From Alphaproteobacteria bacterium (GTDB taxonomy: Bacteria > Pseudomonadota > Alphaproteobacteria > Bin95): a stretch of DNA of 64,000 nucleotides. The notes beneath the pieces are model-generated. The model was given only the letters and a program-made list of their open reading frames with translations. It had not been told where the DNA came from and did not search any database. The stretch is from NCBI GenBank assembly GCA_963665325.3, contig CAXXWS020000004.1, positions 1 to 64,000 of the forward strand. Reading direction: 5' to 3'. The position numbers and the translations under genes were made by a program. Below are positions 1 to 9,104 of this stretch, piece after piece; position 1 is the stretch's first letter, and each line of letters starts with the position of its first letter.

Positions 1-270
1 TTTGATATTTTTCTGTCTTCACCGGCCTCCGAACCCTTGACTTCCCGCCAGGCATCGCCTTCAATCGCCCCCGATTTGATGTTGCTCGTATGCGGTTTGA
101 TGACCGATATGCGGGCATTTCGGGGGCGGAGCGCGACGATGCCGGAAAGCGTTCGGTCAAAGGGTGACGATGATGAGGACGACGATGCCAACACCACATT
201 TTGCCGGGCTTCGCCCGCTGTCGCTCTGCGCCATCGTCCCCTCCATCACCGCGTGACCGAACGCTTTCCG

Positions 271-1455
271 ATGCCGAAACGGAGCACCCTCAGGCTGACG
301 AAGAGGATTGTGGACGGGCTCAAACCCGGCGGCAAGGACGCCATCTTCTGGGACCGCGACCTCGCCGGCTTCGGGGTCAGGGTCCATGCCACCGGGCGCA
401 AGCTCTACATCGTCCAGTCGAGGGGGCCGGCGGGCCTGAGGCGGGCGACGCTCGGGCCGGCCGGCGACAGGACCGTCGAGGAGCGCCGCCGCGAGGCCGC
501 GGCGGCCATCGACCGCATCAAGCGGGGCGAGGACCCCATGCCGCCGGAATCGGCGCCCGAGCCCACCGTCGCCGACCTGGCGGCACTCTGTCTGAAGGAC
601 CATGTCGCGGCGCGCTGCAAGCCGAGCACGGCGAAGAACTACCGCATGTCCATCGAGAACCACATCCTGCCGGCGCTGGGGACCAAGGCGCTGAAGGACG
701 TCGCGCCGGAAGACGCGGCGGGGCTTCACCACGGGCTGCGCGACACGCCGGCGGCGGCCAACCAGGCGATCTGGGTGCTCTCGAAGATGTTCTCGCTGGC
801 CGAGAGCTGGGAGATGGTCCCGCCCGGGTGCAACCCGTGCCGGCATGTCCGCCAGTACCGCGACACGCCCCGCGAGCGATTCCTGACACCCGACGAGTTC
901 CGGCGCATCGGCGATACGCTGAAGACCTTCGAGGCCGAGGGCTCGATGCAGCCCTCGGCCATCGCGGCGATCCGCCTGCTGATGCTGACCGGCTGCCGCT
1001 CGGACGAGATCCTGACCCTGCAATGGGACGACATCGACCGCGCGGCGCGGGTCTTGCGGCTCCGCGATTCGAAAACGGGGCCGCGCATGGTGCCGCTGAC
1101 AGGGCCGGTGCTGAAGGTGCTGGACGGCATCGAGCGGGAGGACGGCGTTCCCTGGGTGCTCAGGGGCGCGAAGCCGCGGAGCCGTCTGGCATGCCTGTCC
1201 TGGCACTGGCGGCGGGTCAGGAAGGCGGCCGGGCTCCATGACGTGCGGCTCCACGACTGCCGCCACAGCTACGCCAGCAGGGCGCTGGCGCTGGGCGAGG
1301 GCCTGCCGGTCATCGGGCGCCTGCTCGGCCATGCCCGGGTCGGCACCACCGCGAAATACGCCCACCTGGTGCGCGACGCCGAGAAGGCGGCCGCCGCCAG
1401 GACCGGCGGCAGCATCGCCGCCTGGATCATGCCCGGCGACGCCGAGGCGGCGTGA
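271..1455 (+). CDS. Tyrosine recombinase/integrase with N-terminal arm-binding (DUF4102-like) domain, copy 1
   Basis: N-terminal FWDRDLAGFGVRV. Catalytic residues R (GCRSDE), K (SKTG), HxxR (LHDCRH), H (LLGH) and Y (TAKYAH) are all present. Start placed at ATG 271 (MPKRSTLRLT). Confidence 0.93.
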   Translation: MPKRSTLRLTKRIVDGLKPGGKDAIFWDRDLAGFGVRVHATGRKLYIVQSRGPAGLRRATLGPAGDRTVEERRREAAAAIDRIKRGEDPMPPESAPEPTVADLAALCLKDHVAARCKPSTAKNYRMSIENHILPALGTKALKDVAPEDAAGLHHGLRDTPAAANQAIWVLSKMFSLAESWEMVPPGCNPCRHVRQYRDTPRERFLTPDEFRRIGDTLKTFEAEGSMQPSAIAAIRLLMLTGCRSDEILTLQWDDIDRAARVLRLRDSKTGPRMVPLTGPVLKVLDGIEREDGVPWVLRGAKPRSRLACLSWHWRRVRKAAGLHDVRLHDCRHSYASRALALGEGLPVIGRLLGHARVGTTAKYAHLVRDAEKAAAARTGGSIAAWIMPGDAEAA

Positions 1456-1466
1456 GGGACATCGCG

Positions 1467-2636
1467 ATGCAGCAGAGGACGATCTCCAACCGCGCCGTGG
1501 CCGCGATGACGGTCGAGCGCGACACGGTGTTCTGGGACCGGACCGTGACCGGCTTCGGGGTCCGGGTCTATCCGACCGGCGGCAAGGTCTATATCGCCCA
1601 GGCGCGGGGGCCGGAGGGGCCGAAGCGGGTGACGGTGGGCCGGCACGGCGTGCTCAACGCCGACGAGGCCCGCCGGAGAGCGGCGCTGATCGTCACGCGC
1701 ATCAAGGCGGGCGAAGACCCGGTGCCGCTGCCGCTCGCGGCCCGGGCCAGGGGCGGCCCGACCGTGGCCGACCTTGCGGCGCGCTATCTGGAGGACCATG
1801 TCGAGGTCCGGCTCAAGCCGAGGACGCAGACCAAGCTCCGCGGCGTGCTGCGCCGCCACATCCTGCCCGCGCTCGGCCGGCTGCCGGTCGAGGCGGTGGA
1901 GCGCCGGCAGGTCGTCGAGCTGCACCGCGGGCTGAGCGGCCGCCCGGTGGCGGCCAACCGGGCGGTCAAGACCCTGGCGCACATGTACCGTCTCGGCGAG
2001 GGCTGGGGCCTCGTGCCGGCGGGCTGCAACCCGTGCCGGTCGATCGAGAAGCATCCCGAGCGCGGCCGCGAGCGCTTCCTGACCGACGCCGAGTTCGCCC
2101 GGCTCGGGCGGGCGCTGGACGAGGCCGTGGACGCCGGAACCGTATCGCCCGTGACCGCGGCGGCGATCCGCCTGCTGATGCTGACCGGCTGCCGCAAGGG
2201 CGAGGTCCTCGCGCTGCCCTGGACGGACGTCGATCTCGACGCCGGCGAGCTCCGCCTTCCCGATTCGAAGTCCGGCCCCCGCGCGGTGCAGCTGCCGCCG
2301 CCGGCGGTGCGGCTGCTGGAGGCGCTGCCGCGCCGGGCGGGCAGCCCGTGGGTGTTTCCGGGCAGGGCTCCGGACGGCCGCTGTAGCGAGAGTGCGCTCG
2401 ACAACGCCTGCCGGGTAGTACGCGAGGCGGCGAAGCTGGAGGATGTGCGCATTCATGACCTTCGACACAGCTTCGCTTCCAGGGCGCTGGCACTCGGGGA
2501 AACGCTGCCGGTGATCGGCAAGCTGCTGGGGCACAACGATATCGAGACGACGGCGAGATATGCCCATCTCGCGCAGGATTCCGTCCACGAGGCGGCGGAG
2601 AGAATTGCCTGGAGCATCGCGGCGGATATCTTGTAA
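1467..2636 (+). CDS. Tyrosine recombinase/integrase with arm-binding domain, copy 2
   Basis: Motifs FWDRTVTGFGVRV, GCRKGE, SKSG, IHDLRH, LLGH and TARYAH. Paralog of the upstream integrase. Alternative GTG start at 1452 overlaps the upstream stop. Confidence 0.93.
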   Translation: MQQRTISNRAVAAMTVERDTVFWDRTVTGFGVRVYPTGGKVYIAQARGPEGPKRVTVGRHGVLNADEARRRAALIVTRIKAGEDPVPLPLAARARGGPTVADLAARYLEDHVEVRLKPRTQTKLRGVLRRHILPALGRLPVEAVERRQVVELHRGLSGRPVAANRAVKTLAHMYRLGEGWGLVPAGCNPCRSIEKHPERGRERFLTDAEFARLGRALDEAVDAGTVSPVTAAAIRLLMLTGCRKGEVLALPWTDVDLDAGELRLPDSKSGPRAVQLPPPAVRLLEALPRRAGSPWVFPGRAPDGRCSESALDNACRVVREAAKLEDVRIHDLRHSFASRALALGETLPVIGKLLGHNDIETTARYAHLAQDSVHEAAERIAWSIAADIL

Positions 2637-2744
2637 GCGCCCGATTTGAGAGGTCCATGGTGCCGGGTTCGGAATGGTGTCCGGGATGGACATCGCGGTC
2701 GGCGTTCGTTCATGTTTCACATGAGCGAACCAATTCGGTGTGCA

Positions 2745-3167
2745 ATGGTCGACGATGAACAACTGCGGGAGAAGCTCGCCAAGGTCGAGGCGCTGTTCCG
2801 GCGTGCCGGAAGTCCGGGCGAGCGCACGGCCGCCGCGGCCGCGATGGAACGGCTGCACGGACGGCTGGCCGATCAGGACGGGAGCTGCGAGCCCGAAGTC
2901 GAGCTCCAGTTCTCGTTGCCCGATGCCTGGTCCGTCAGCCTCTTCGTTGCCGTTTGCCGCAAGCACGGCGTGCGGCCCTACCGTTATCGGCGGCAACGGC
3001 GCACCAGCGTCGTCGTCTCCGCGCGGGAGCGGGAGTTCAACCGGGTGGTCTGGCCGGAATACAGCCGGCTTCAGACCGAGCTGGAGAGCTACTTCGAGGA
3101 CGTCACCGACCACCTGGTTTCGCGGGTAATGGGCTCGGACGGCGACGACAGCAGCCTCGACCGGTAG
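2745..3167 (+). CDS. Hypothetical protein, N-terminus resembling DUF2786-type helix pair
   Basis: Sequence LREKLAKVEALFRRAGSPGERTAAAAAMERL and protein-like composition. Start uncertain (2721 or 2745). Confidence 0.6.
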   Translation: MVDDEQLREKLAKVEALFRRAGSPGERTAAAAAMERLHGRLADQDGSCEPEVELQFSLPDAWSVSLFVAVCRKHGVRPYRYRRQRRTSVVVSAREREFNRVVWPEYSRLQTELESYFEDVTDHLVSRVMGSDGDDSSLDR

Positions 3168-3389
3168 CGGGCCGGCGGTGACGTCCGAGGAGGACGCGCG
3201 GATCGGCGCGACCCCGCCGACCTTCGCCAACAAGCCGTACATCACGCCGATGGCGGACGGCGGCCATACGTATGGTCGGCCCGCCGCCATCCGCTGATTT
3301 GGCGGCCCCCGCCGATGGCAACGGAACGATCCCGCCTGTGGACAATCCCGCCTGTCGCCCCCGCCGGGGAAACGTGATAGGGTCTGACC

Positions 3390-3611
3390 ATGAGCAAGGT
3401 GCAGCATGATTCGGGTTCCGTCGCGACGGCCGCCGCGAACGGCCGGCTCGCGGAGGCAGCGCACTTGCAGGCGATCGAGGGCAATCCGCTGACGGCGGAA
3501 GAGATCGCCATGTTCGAGATGTTCGAGCGCGAGGGGTGGTCGCCCGAGCGGCGCCGCGCCCATATCCTCCGCCGGATCGAGGACCGAGGCCGCGCCGCCG
3601 CGGCGGAATGA
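3390..3611 (+). CDS. FicA/VbhA-like antitoxin
   Basis: 73 aa with LQAIEGN, resembling the (S/T)xxxE(G/N) inhibitory motif. Stop overlaps the Fic start (ATGA). Confidence 0.75.
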   Translation: MSKVQHDSGSVATAAANGRLAEAAHLQAIEGNPLTAEEIAMFEMFEREGWSPERRRAHILRRIEDRGRAAAAE

Positions 3612-4174
3612 GCGACCGCGACTACTGCTATCCGCCGGACTACACCGTTCTCCGCAACAGGCTGGACATCCGGGACGCCCCGGCGCTGGAAGCGGCGGAA
3701 CGCGAGCTTGTCGCCCAGCGCCTTGTCGAGCCCGTGCCGGCGGGCGATTTCGATCTTGAGCACCTGAAGGCGATCCACCGCCACCTGTTCCAGGACGTAT
3801 ACGCCTGGGCGGGCGAGATCCGCACCGTCGAGATTGCCAAGGACGGGAGCCGGTTCCAGCCGAGGCGGTTCATCGAAACCGGCATGGCCGACATTCACCG
3901 CCGCATCGTAGCGGCGGGATATTTCCGGGGTCTGGGGCCGGACGGGTTCGCCGGGGGCGCGGGTCCGGTGCTGGGCGACGTCAACCATGTTCACCCGTTC
4001 CGCGAAGGCAACGGGCGCACGCAGCTTCAGTATCTGAAGCAGCTTGCCGCGCGCGCCGGGCACGCCATCGACCTCACCCGGATCGACCGCGCCGACTGGC
4101 TGGCCGCCTCGCGCCGGTCCAACGCGGGCGATCACGCCGCCATGACCCGCTGCATCCGCCAGGCGCTGTCCTAA
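3608..4174 (+). CDS. Fic-domain toxin (class I, FicT-like)
   Basis: N-terminus YCYPPDYTVLRNRL, then IHRHLFQDVYAWAGEIR and Fic motif HPFREGNGRTQL. Confidence 0.92.
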   Translation: MSDRDYCYPPDYTVLRNRLDIRDAPALEAAERELVAQRLVEPVPAGDFDLEHLKAIHRHLFQDVYAWAGEIRTVEIAKDGSRFQPRRFIETGMADIHRRIVAAGYFRGLGPDGFAGGAGPVLGDVNHVHPFREGNGRTQLQYLKQLAARAGHAIDLTRIDRADWLAASRRSNAGDHAAMTRCIRQALS

Positions 4175-4383
4175 CCCCCGATTTTGACGACGGCGTAGAA
4201 GCGCGCTTCTTCGCCGGCCCTGCCGACTCTGGTGTGCCGCGTCGCCTTCCCGCAGCCGTCTCCATCCGCGCGCTTTTCTCCATCGAGAGGAGAGGCATGG
4301 CCGTGAGCGGGGCGGCGGTCGGGGCGTCCGGGGGAGGGCGTCCGGCCGTCGATTTCCCTCATCGGCACGAAGGAGACGGCATC

Positions 4384-4710
4384 ATGACGGCAGCCATGGC
4401 GATACCCGGCAACACGGCGGAGACGTTTCTGGTTCATTTCTTCGGCACCGGCCTGGCCGACGACCGCTACGTCGTCGAGCGGTTCCGGGCCCGCGCGGAC
4501 GGCGACATCGTTCCCGCCCCGGCCGAGGCGCTCGTAGCGAAGAACCGGCGCAAGACGAAGCGCGCCACGGCCACGCTGAAGGCGGTCCGGGAGATGCGCC
4601 CCGCCACCACCGAGATCATCATCTGCACCGGCCTCAAGACCCGCGGCGGCATGCAGGTCTGGGGTTCGATCGCCGCCGGAATCCTGTGCGACCGCAAGCA
4701 GAAGGGCTGA
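4384..4710 (+). CDS. Hypothetical protein (leading region)
   Basis: AAGGAG RBS before ATG 4384; 108 aa with GC3-rich codons. Confidence 0.6.
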   Translation: MTAAMAIPGNTAETFLVHFFGTGLADDRYVVERFRARADGDIVPAPAEALVAKNRRKTKRATATLKAVREMRPATTEIIICTGLKTRGGMQVWGSIAAGILCDRKQKG

Positions 4711-4793
4711 CGCCTCTTTCCGGGACGTCCTGCCGGCCCGATGCCGGCGGGGCGTCCTCCGTCCATTCCCGGATTGGCAGGAAGGGGGCCATT

Positions 4794-6056
4794 GTGGCTT
4801 ACCGCGATATCGACGCCCGACGCAGGAACGATCTTGCGCGCTACCACCGTCGCAACGAGGCTCGGCGCGCGGCCGCCTTGTGCCTGCGGTGCGGCAAAAC
4901 CCAACCCGCGCCCGAGCGCACCCTCTGCAAGCCCTGCAACGACAAGCAGAACCGCGCCAGCCGCGCGCGGGACGCCAGGCTCCGCGCCGAGGGCAAACCC
5001 AGGCGGGACCCGGAACAGGCGAAGCTCTACGAGCGCGAGCGTGGCCGCCGCCAGCACGCCGAGCGCGTCGCCGCCGGCATCTGCACGAAATGCGGCCGGG
5101 CCTCGGCACGCCCGGACCGCACGACCTGCGAGCCCTGCGCGGAGAAGCATCGCGCCCGCGACCGCGCCCGTCACGCCAGGGCCAAGGCCGAGGGGATACC
5201 CTACGGCGGACGCGACCCGGAAGCCCGGCGCCGGGCCGGCCGGAAGCAGAGCCGCCGCCGCAGCGAGCTCCGCAGGGCCGCCGGTTTGTGCATCCGCTGC
5301 GGCGCCGTCCCGCCCGAAGAGGGACGGTCGATGTGCGAGCCATGCCGGGACGACCGGCGGGCCGCGAAACGCGCACTCCACGCCGGGCGCCGGGCGAAGA
5401 GCCTCTGCGTCCAGTGCGCGACGCCCGCGCCGGACGGCAAGGCCTATTGCGAACCCTGCGCCGTGGCCAAGGAAGGGCGGCGGAACCTGAAGGCCAAGCG
5501 GGAGGCCGATCGCCGCAGATATTCCGAGCGGAGAGCCAGGGGCGATTGCACCACCTGCGGCAAGCCGGCCGGCGGGGCGGCCGAGTGCCAGGCCTGCCGC
5601 GACGCCGCCCGTGCCCGCTACGATGCCCGGAGAGCCGCCGGGGTGTGCGTCAAGTGCCAAACCCCCACCTACGGCGGCGCGGCCTACTGCGCGCCCTGCG
5701 CCCTCGTCAAGGAAGGGCGGCGCGACCGCGAGGCGGAGTACGCCGCCCGCCGCCGGCGCTATGCCGACCGGAGGACGAAGGGCCGCTGCGTCGAATGCAA
5801 CACGCCTTCGCCGGGGGTGGCGCGATGCGAGCCCTGTTCGCGCAAGCACCGCGAGGGCTCGGGGGCATTCCGCGGCATCCCGATCTGGGACCCGAGCTGG
5901 ACGGTGATCGAGATCGCCACCGGCCGGGAGCACGGCCCCTATGACAGCGAGGCCGACGTCGCGCTCTGCCTCGCCTTCGCCAGGCTCTCGCGCGACGAGG
6001 TGGAGGTGATCGCGGACGCCAGCCCGATGGCGACGATGACCGCACCGCCCTGGTGA
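4794..6056 (+). CDS. Tandem Cys4 zinc-finger repeat protein (7 modules), Arg-rich
   Basis: Seven CxxC-x9-11-CxxC modules, each preceded by a basic helix (RRAAGLC-like), and an acidic C-terminal domain. GTG start after a GGAAGGGG purine run. Confidence 0.85.
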   Translation: MAYRDIDARRRNDLARYHRRNEARRAAALCLRCGKTQPAPERTLCKPCNDKQNRASRARDARLRAEGKPRRDPEQAKLYERERGRRQHAERVAAGICTKCGRASARPDRTTCEPCAEKHRARDRARHARAKAEGIPYGGRDPEARRRAGRKQSRRRSELRRAAGLCIRCGAVPPEEGRSMCEPCRDDRRAAKRALHAGRRAKSLCVQCATPAPDGKAYCEPCAVAKEGRRNLKAKREADRRRYSERRARGDCTTCGKPAGGAAECQACRDAARARYDARRAAGVCVKCQTPTYGGAAYCAPCALVKEGRRDREAEYAARRRRYADRRTKGRCVECNTPSPGVARCEPCSRKHREGSGAFRGIPIWDPSWTVIEIATGREHGPYDSEADVALCLAFARLSRDEVEVIADASPMATMTAPPW

Positions 6057-6168
6057 GCCGGCAGCGGCGCCATCCCCTGCTGCGCCGCCGGCCCGCCGCC
6101 CGCCGTCCGACATGCGTATGGCCGGCCGTGCGCCCGCCGACCCGGACCACACCGAAGGAGTTTCCATC

Positions 6169-6435
6169 ATGACCGCCTGCCTGCCCGACAACCCCGCGTA
6201 CTGTTTCTACTCCGCCGCCGCCGACGACGGCGAGCCGCCGCAGATTCGCATCCTGGTCGAGGGCTTTCCCTTCGCCATCCCCACCGCGCTGGTCGCCCTG
6301 AACCGGGCCGACGGCCTGGCGGTGTGCGATTCCCTCAACCGGCCGCTCGGCTGGACGCGGGAGACCTGGACCGAGTTCGCCGCGCGCTGCCTGCGCGCCG
6401 GCGCCGGCGACATGAACGGCAGCACCCTGCATTGA
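6169..6435 (+). CDS. Hypothetical protein (leading region)
   Basis: AAGGAG RBS; 88 aa beginning MTACLPDNPAYCFYS. Confidence 0.65.
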   Translation: MTACLPDNPAYCFYSAAADDGEPPQIRILVEGFPFAIPTALVALNRADGLAVCDSLNRPLGWTRETWTEFAARCLRAGAGDMNGSTLH

Positions 6436-6613
6436 CCCGCGCCCGATGCCGGCGCGGCAGCACTCCCCGCCCGTTGCGGTCGGAGCGGGGGCCGCCGATC
6501 CACCGGGGGGTCGGCCGGCCGGGAGGTCGAGAGGGGCTTTCGCCGGGCGAGCGCCCGGTTGGGAGCGAGGGAGGGTTTCCGTCGCGGCCGGGCGCGGCAC
6601 GGGAGATCCCATC

Positions 6614-6769
6614 ATGTTCGCCTTCGACACCGATTACGACCCTGTCGGCCCCGCCACCGACGCCGTCCTCGCCGAGATCGGCCTCGATGCCCGTTCGGTC
6701 AGGGACGCGCTGAGCGAAGACCTTGCCCGGCGCTGCCCCGACCGCGAGGCCCCGGCGGACGGGAGCTAG
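6614..6769 (+). CDS. Small acidic hypothetical protein
   Basis: GGGAG RBS; 51 aa beginning MFAFDTDYDPVGPATDAVLAEIG. Confidence 0.5.
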   Translation: MFAFDTDYDPVGPATDAVLAEIGLDARSVRDALSEDLARRCPDREAPADGS

Positions 6770-6868
6770 AGGAGGGCTTCGAGAAGATGAGTGGACGGGG
6801 CTGGAGAGAGCGTTCTCCGGTCCCGCCGCTCGACCATCGTCAACATCGAGAACTGAAGGAGCATCGCG

Positions 6869-7333
6869 ATGAGCTTCGGAATGAACCGCGTCGAACTGAT
6901 CGGCCGCCTGGGCGCCGACGTCACCGTCAACCAGCTGATGAGCGGGGGCCGCGTGGCCAATCTCAGCATCGCCACCGACGAGTCGTATTTCAACCGCGAC
7001 GGCGAGAAGGTCGACAGGACCGAGTGGCACAGGGTCGTCACCTTCCAGGACGGGCTGATCGACATGCTGGTGCGCCACGCGAAGAAGGGCCGCCTGGTCC
7101 ACGCCGAGGGCAAGTTGCAGACCCGCCGGTGGAAGAAGGACGGCGAGGACTCGGACCGCTTCTCGACCGAGATCCTGGTCGTGCCCGGTCACAGGGTGCA
7201 GTTCCTCGATCGCCCGAACGGGGCCAACGGGAACGGCGCCCGGGCCGCGCAGGAGCCGGCGAACGGCGAGACCGTGTCGGCCGGCGGCGCCCCGGCGCAG
7301 GCCGACGAATTGGGCTCCGAAATTCCCTTTTGA
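6869..7333 (+). CDS. ssb: Single-stranded DNA-binding protein
   Basis: Motifs MNRVELIGRLGAD, TEWHRVV and EGKLQTRRW; acidic C-terminal tip ending EIPF; AAGGAG RBS. Confidence 0.96.
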   Translation: MSFGMNRVELIGRLGADVTVNQLMSGGRVANLSIATDESYFNRDGEKVDRTEWHRVVTFQDGLIDMLVRHAKKGRLVHAEGKLQTRRWKKDGEDSDRFSTEILVVPGHRVQFLDRPNGANGNGARAAQEPANGETVSAGGAPAQADELGSEIPF

Positions 7334-7362
7334 GCCCCGACTGCATCCTCCCTCCCAACTCG

Positions 7363-7392
7363 GGCGGCCGCTTCGACGGCCGCCTTTTTTTC
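7363..7392 (+). terminator. Rho-independent terminator after ssb
   Basis: GGCGGCCG-CTTCGA-CGGCCGCC stem followed by T8. Confidence 0.8.
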
Positions 7393-7476
7393 TGCCGTGG
7401 ATCCGGAGTCCGCCGCCGCGCTCGGAGGGGAGAAGAGCTTGCGAACGGGCAAGCCGTTCGGAGGAGGGAGGGAGTC

Positions 7477-7818
7477 ATGGCCGCCGTCGTCAATCTCAGG
7501 CACGAGCCGAAGCTGCGCGAGCAATTCGAATATGCGCAGGTGGTGAACAACACCGTGCTGATCGACCGCCGCACGAAGTGGGGCAATCCGTTTCGCGTGA
7601 CGGACGGGGTCTCGCATGCCGAGGCGGTCGCCCGCTACCGCGTCCATCTCTGGCGGCAGATAGGCGCGGGCGAGGTGACGCTGGAAGAGCTCGCCGAACT
7701 CGACGGCTGCTGGCTGGCGTGCTGGTGCGTGGGCGACGGACATCCCTGCCACGGCGAGGTGCTCGAACGGGCGGCCGCCTGGGCGGCGCGGGTGCTGGCC
7801 GAGCGGTCAGATGCGTGA
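7477..7818 (+). CDS. DUF4326 family protein
   Basis: Signature IDRRTKWGNPF ... LACWC ... PCHGEVL; GGAG-rich RBS. Confidence 0.85.
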   Translation: MAAVVNLRHEPKLREQFEYAQVVNNTVLIDRRTKWGNPFRVTDGVSHAEAVARYRVHLWRQIGAGEVTLEELAELDGCWLACWCVGDGHPCHGEVLERAAAWAARVLAERSDA

Positions 7819-7898
7819 CGCGCCGCCGTGCTTCCTTTCGAACGCCGTGCCAGGCCGAACCGCCGATGGGGTCCGTGTGGGTGGAGAGATATTCGCCT

Positions 7899-8140
7899 CG
7901 TCGTGAAGTCCCATTGTGATCCACGTGCTCGCTACAGCAACCCTGCGGGTCCTCCGGTCGCTGCGCTCCCTGCGGCCTGGACAAGAAGCTCTAGGGGCGG
8001 ACCGTGAAAGCCGACGACCGTGAAGATCGCTGGCGCGATCTTCCGCACCACTCGCCGACTTTCCGCACCACTCCGCCCCAAGAGCTTCTAGGCCCAGGTG
8101 CTTCCGCTGCGCGCGCGGTTCCCAACAGGACATCACGACG
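7899..8140. promoter_or_regulatory. Large nested inverted-repeat structure, candidate ssDNA (Frpo-like) promoter
   Basis: 7899-7911 pairs with 8128-8140 (12/13). 7976-8000 pairs with 8073-8098 (~25-bp imperfect stem). Internal hairpin GAAGATCGC/GCGATCTTC. Lies directly upstream of the first leading-region gene. Confidence 0.55.
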
Positions 8141-8183
8141 GGGATCGGCCCCGGAACGTGCAACCGATCGCAAGGAGATCGTC

Positions 8184-9104
8184 ATGACACTCATCGACAC
8201 CATCGAGACCGCCGCGCAGTCCGTCACCGCGAACGTCTGCGAACAGGCCCAGCTCTTCGGCGCGACGCCCGAGCGCGGCGAGTTCGACACCCGCGAAGTC
8301 TGGGACGAGGACGACGCCACCGACGCGGTGAGCGAAGCCTTCCGCATCCTGGCCCAGGGCGTCGCACCCGACGGGTTCCAGATCGCCGACGAGCGCGAGA
8401 GCCTGCTCTGGGGCTTCGTCAACATGATCGACGCACAGACCCGGAGACTCGACCGCGCCGCCGACAAGCTGATGCCCGAACTGCGCGACCTCCAGAAGGC
8501 CCAGGACGGCACCGAGATCAAGTCGCTGGAGCTGGAGATGACCACCCACCGGGCGCAGTGCCTCACCGACCGACGCGACGCCTTCGAGACCATGCGCGAC
8601 CACGCCGCCGACGCCTACCGCAACGCGACGGGCAGCGTCTGGCGTCCGAGGCGCGGCAGCCACGTCTCCGAGACCGGCAGGCTGACCAGCGCGGCCATCG
8701 ACGCCCGCGACTACCAGCGTGCGAGGAAGGACCGCAAGACCATGGCGCATCTGCCGCAGGGCACCCTCGTCGCCATCGCCGGCGGCAGGGACGTCGCCGA
8801 CCCGGCCGCGGTGATCCGCATGCTCGACAAGACCCGCGCCAAGCACGCGGACATGGTGCTCGTCCATGGCGGCGGCCCCGGCGTCGAGAAGATCGCGGCA
8901 AGCTGGGCCGAGCGCAACGGCGTCCACCAGGTCGTCTGCAAGCCGGACTGGGACCGCCACGGACGTGCCGCCCCGTTCCGCCGCAACGACGAGCTGCTGA
9001 ACCTCCTGCCGAAGGGCGTCATCGCCTTCCCCGGTTCGGGCATCACCGACAACCTCGTCGACAAGGCGCGCACCCTGGGCATCCCGGTCTGCCGCGCCGG
9101 CTGA
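8184..9104 (+). CDS. DUF2493 (YspA/SLOG-like C-terminal domain) protein typical of alphaproteobacterial conjugative elements
   Basis: N-terminal LLWGFVN and GSVWRPRRGS; C-terminal VLVHGG...CKPDWDRHGRAAPFRRND...GVIAFPGSGITDNL; AAGGAG RBS. Confidence 0.85.
   Translation: MTLIDTIETAAQSVTANVCEQAQLFGATPERGEFDTREVWDEDDATDAVSEAFRILAQGVAPDGFQIADERESLLWGFVNMIDAQTRRLDRAADKLMPELRDLQKAQDGTEIKSLELEMTTHRAQCLTDRRDAFETMRDHAADAYRNATGSVWRPRRGSHVSETGRLTSAAIDARDYQRARKDRKTMAHLPQGTLVAIAGGRDVADPAAVIRMLDKTRAKHADMVLVHGGGPGVEKIAASWAERNGVHQVVCKPDWDRHGRAAPFRRNDELLNLLPKGVIAFPGSGITDNLVDKARTLGIPVCRAG

Noticed and set aside
1-270. tRNA or other integration-target gene at the left end
   Set aside because: No cloverleaf or recognisable gene end is visible; the target may be outside the window.
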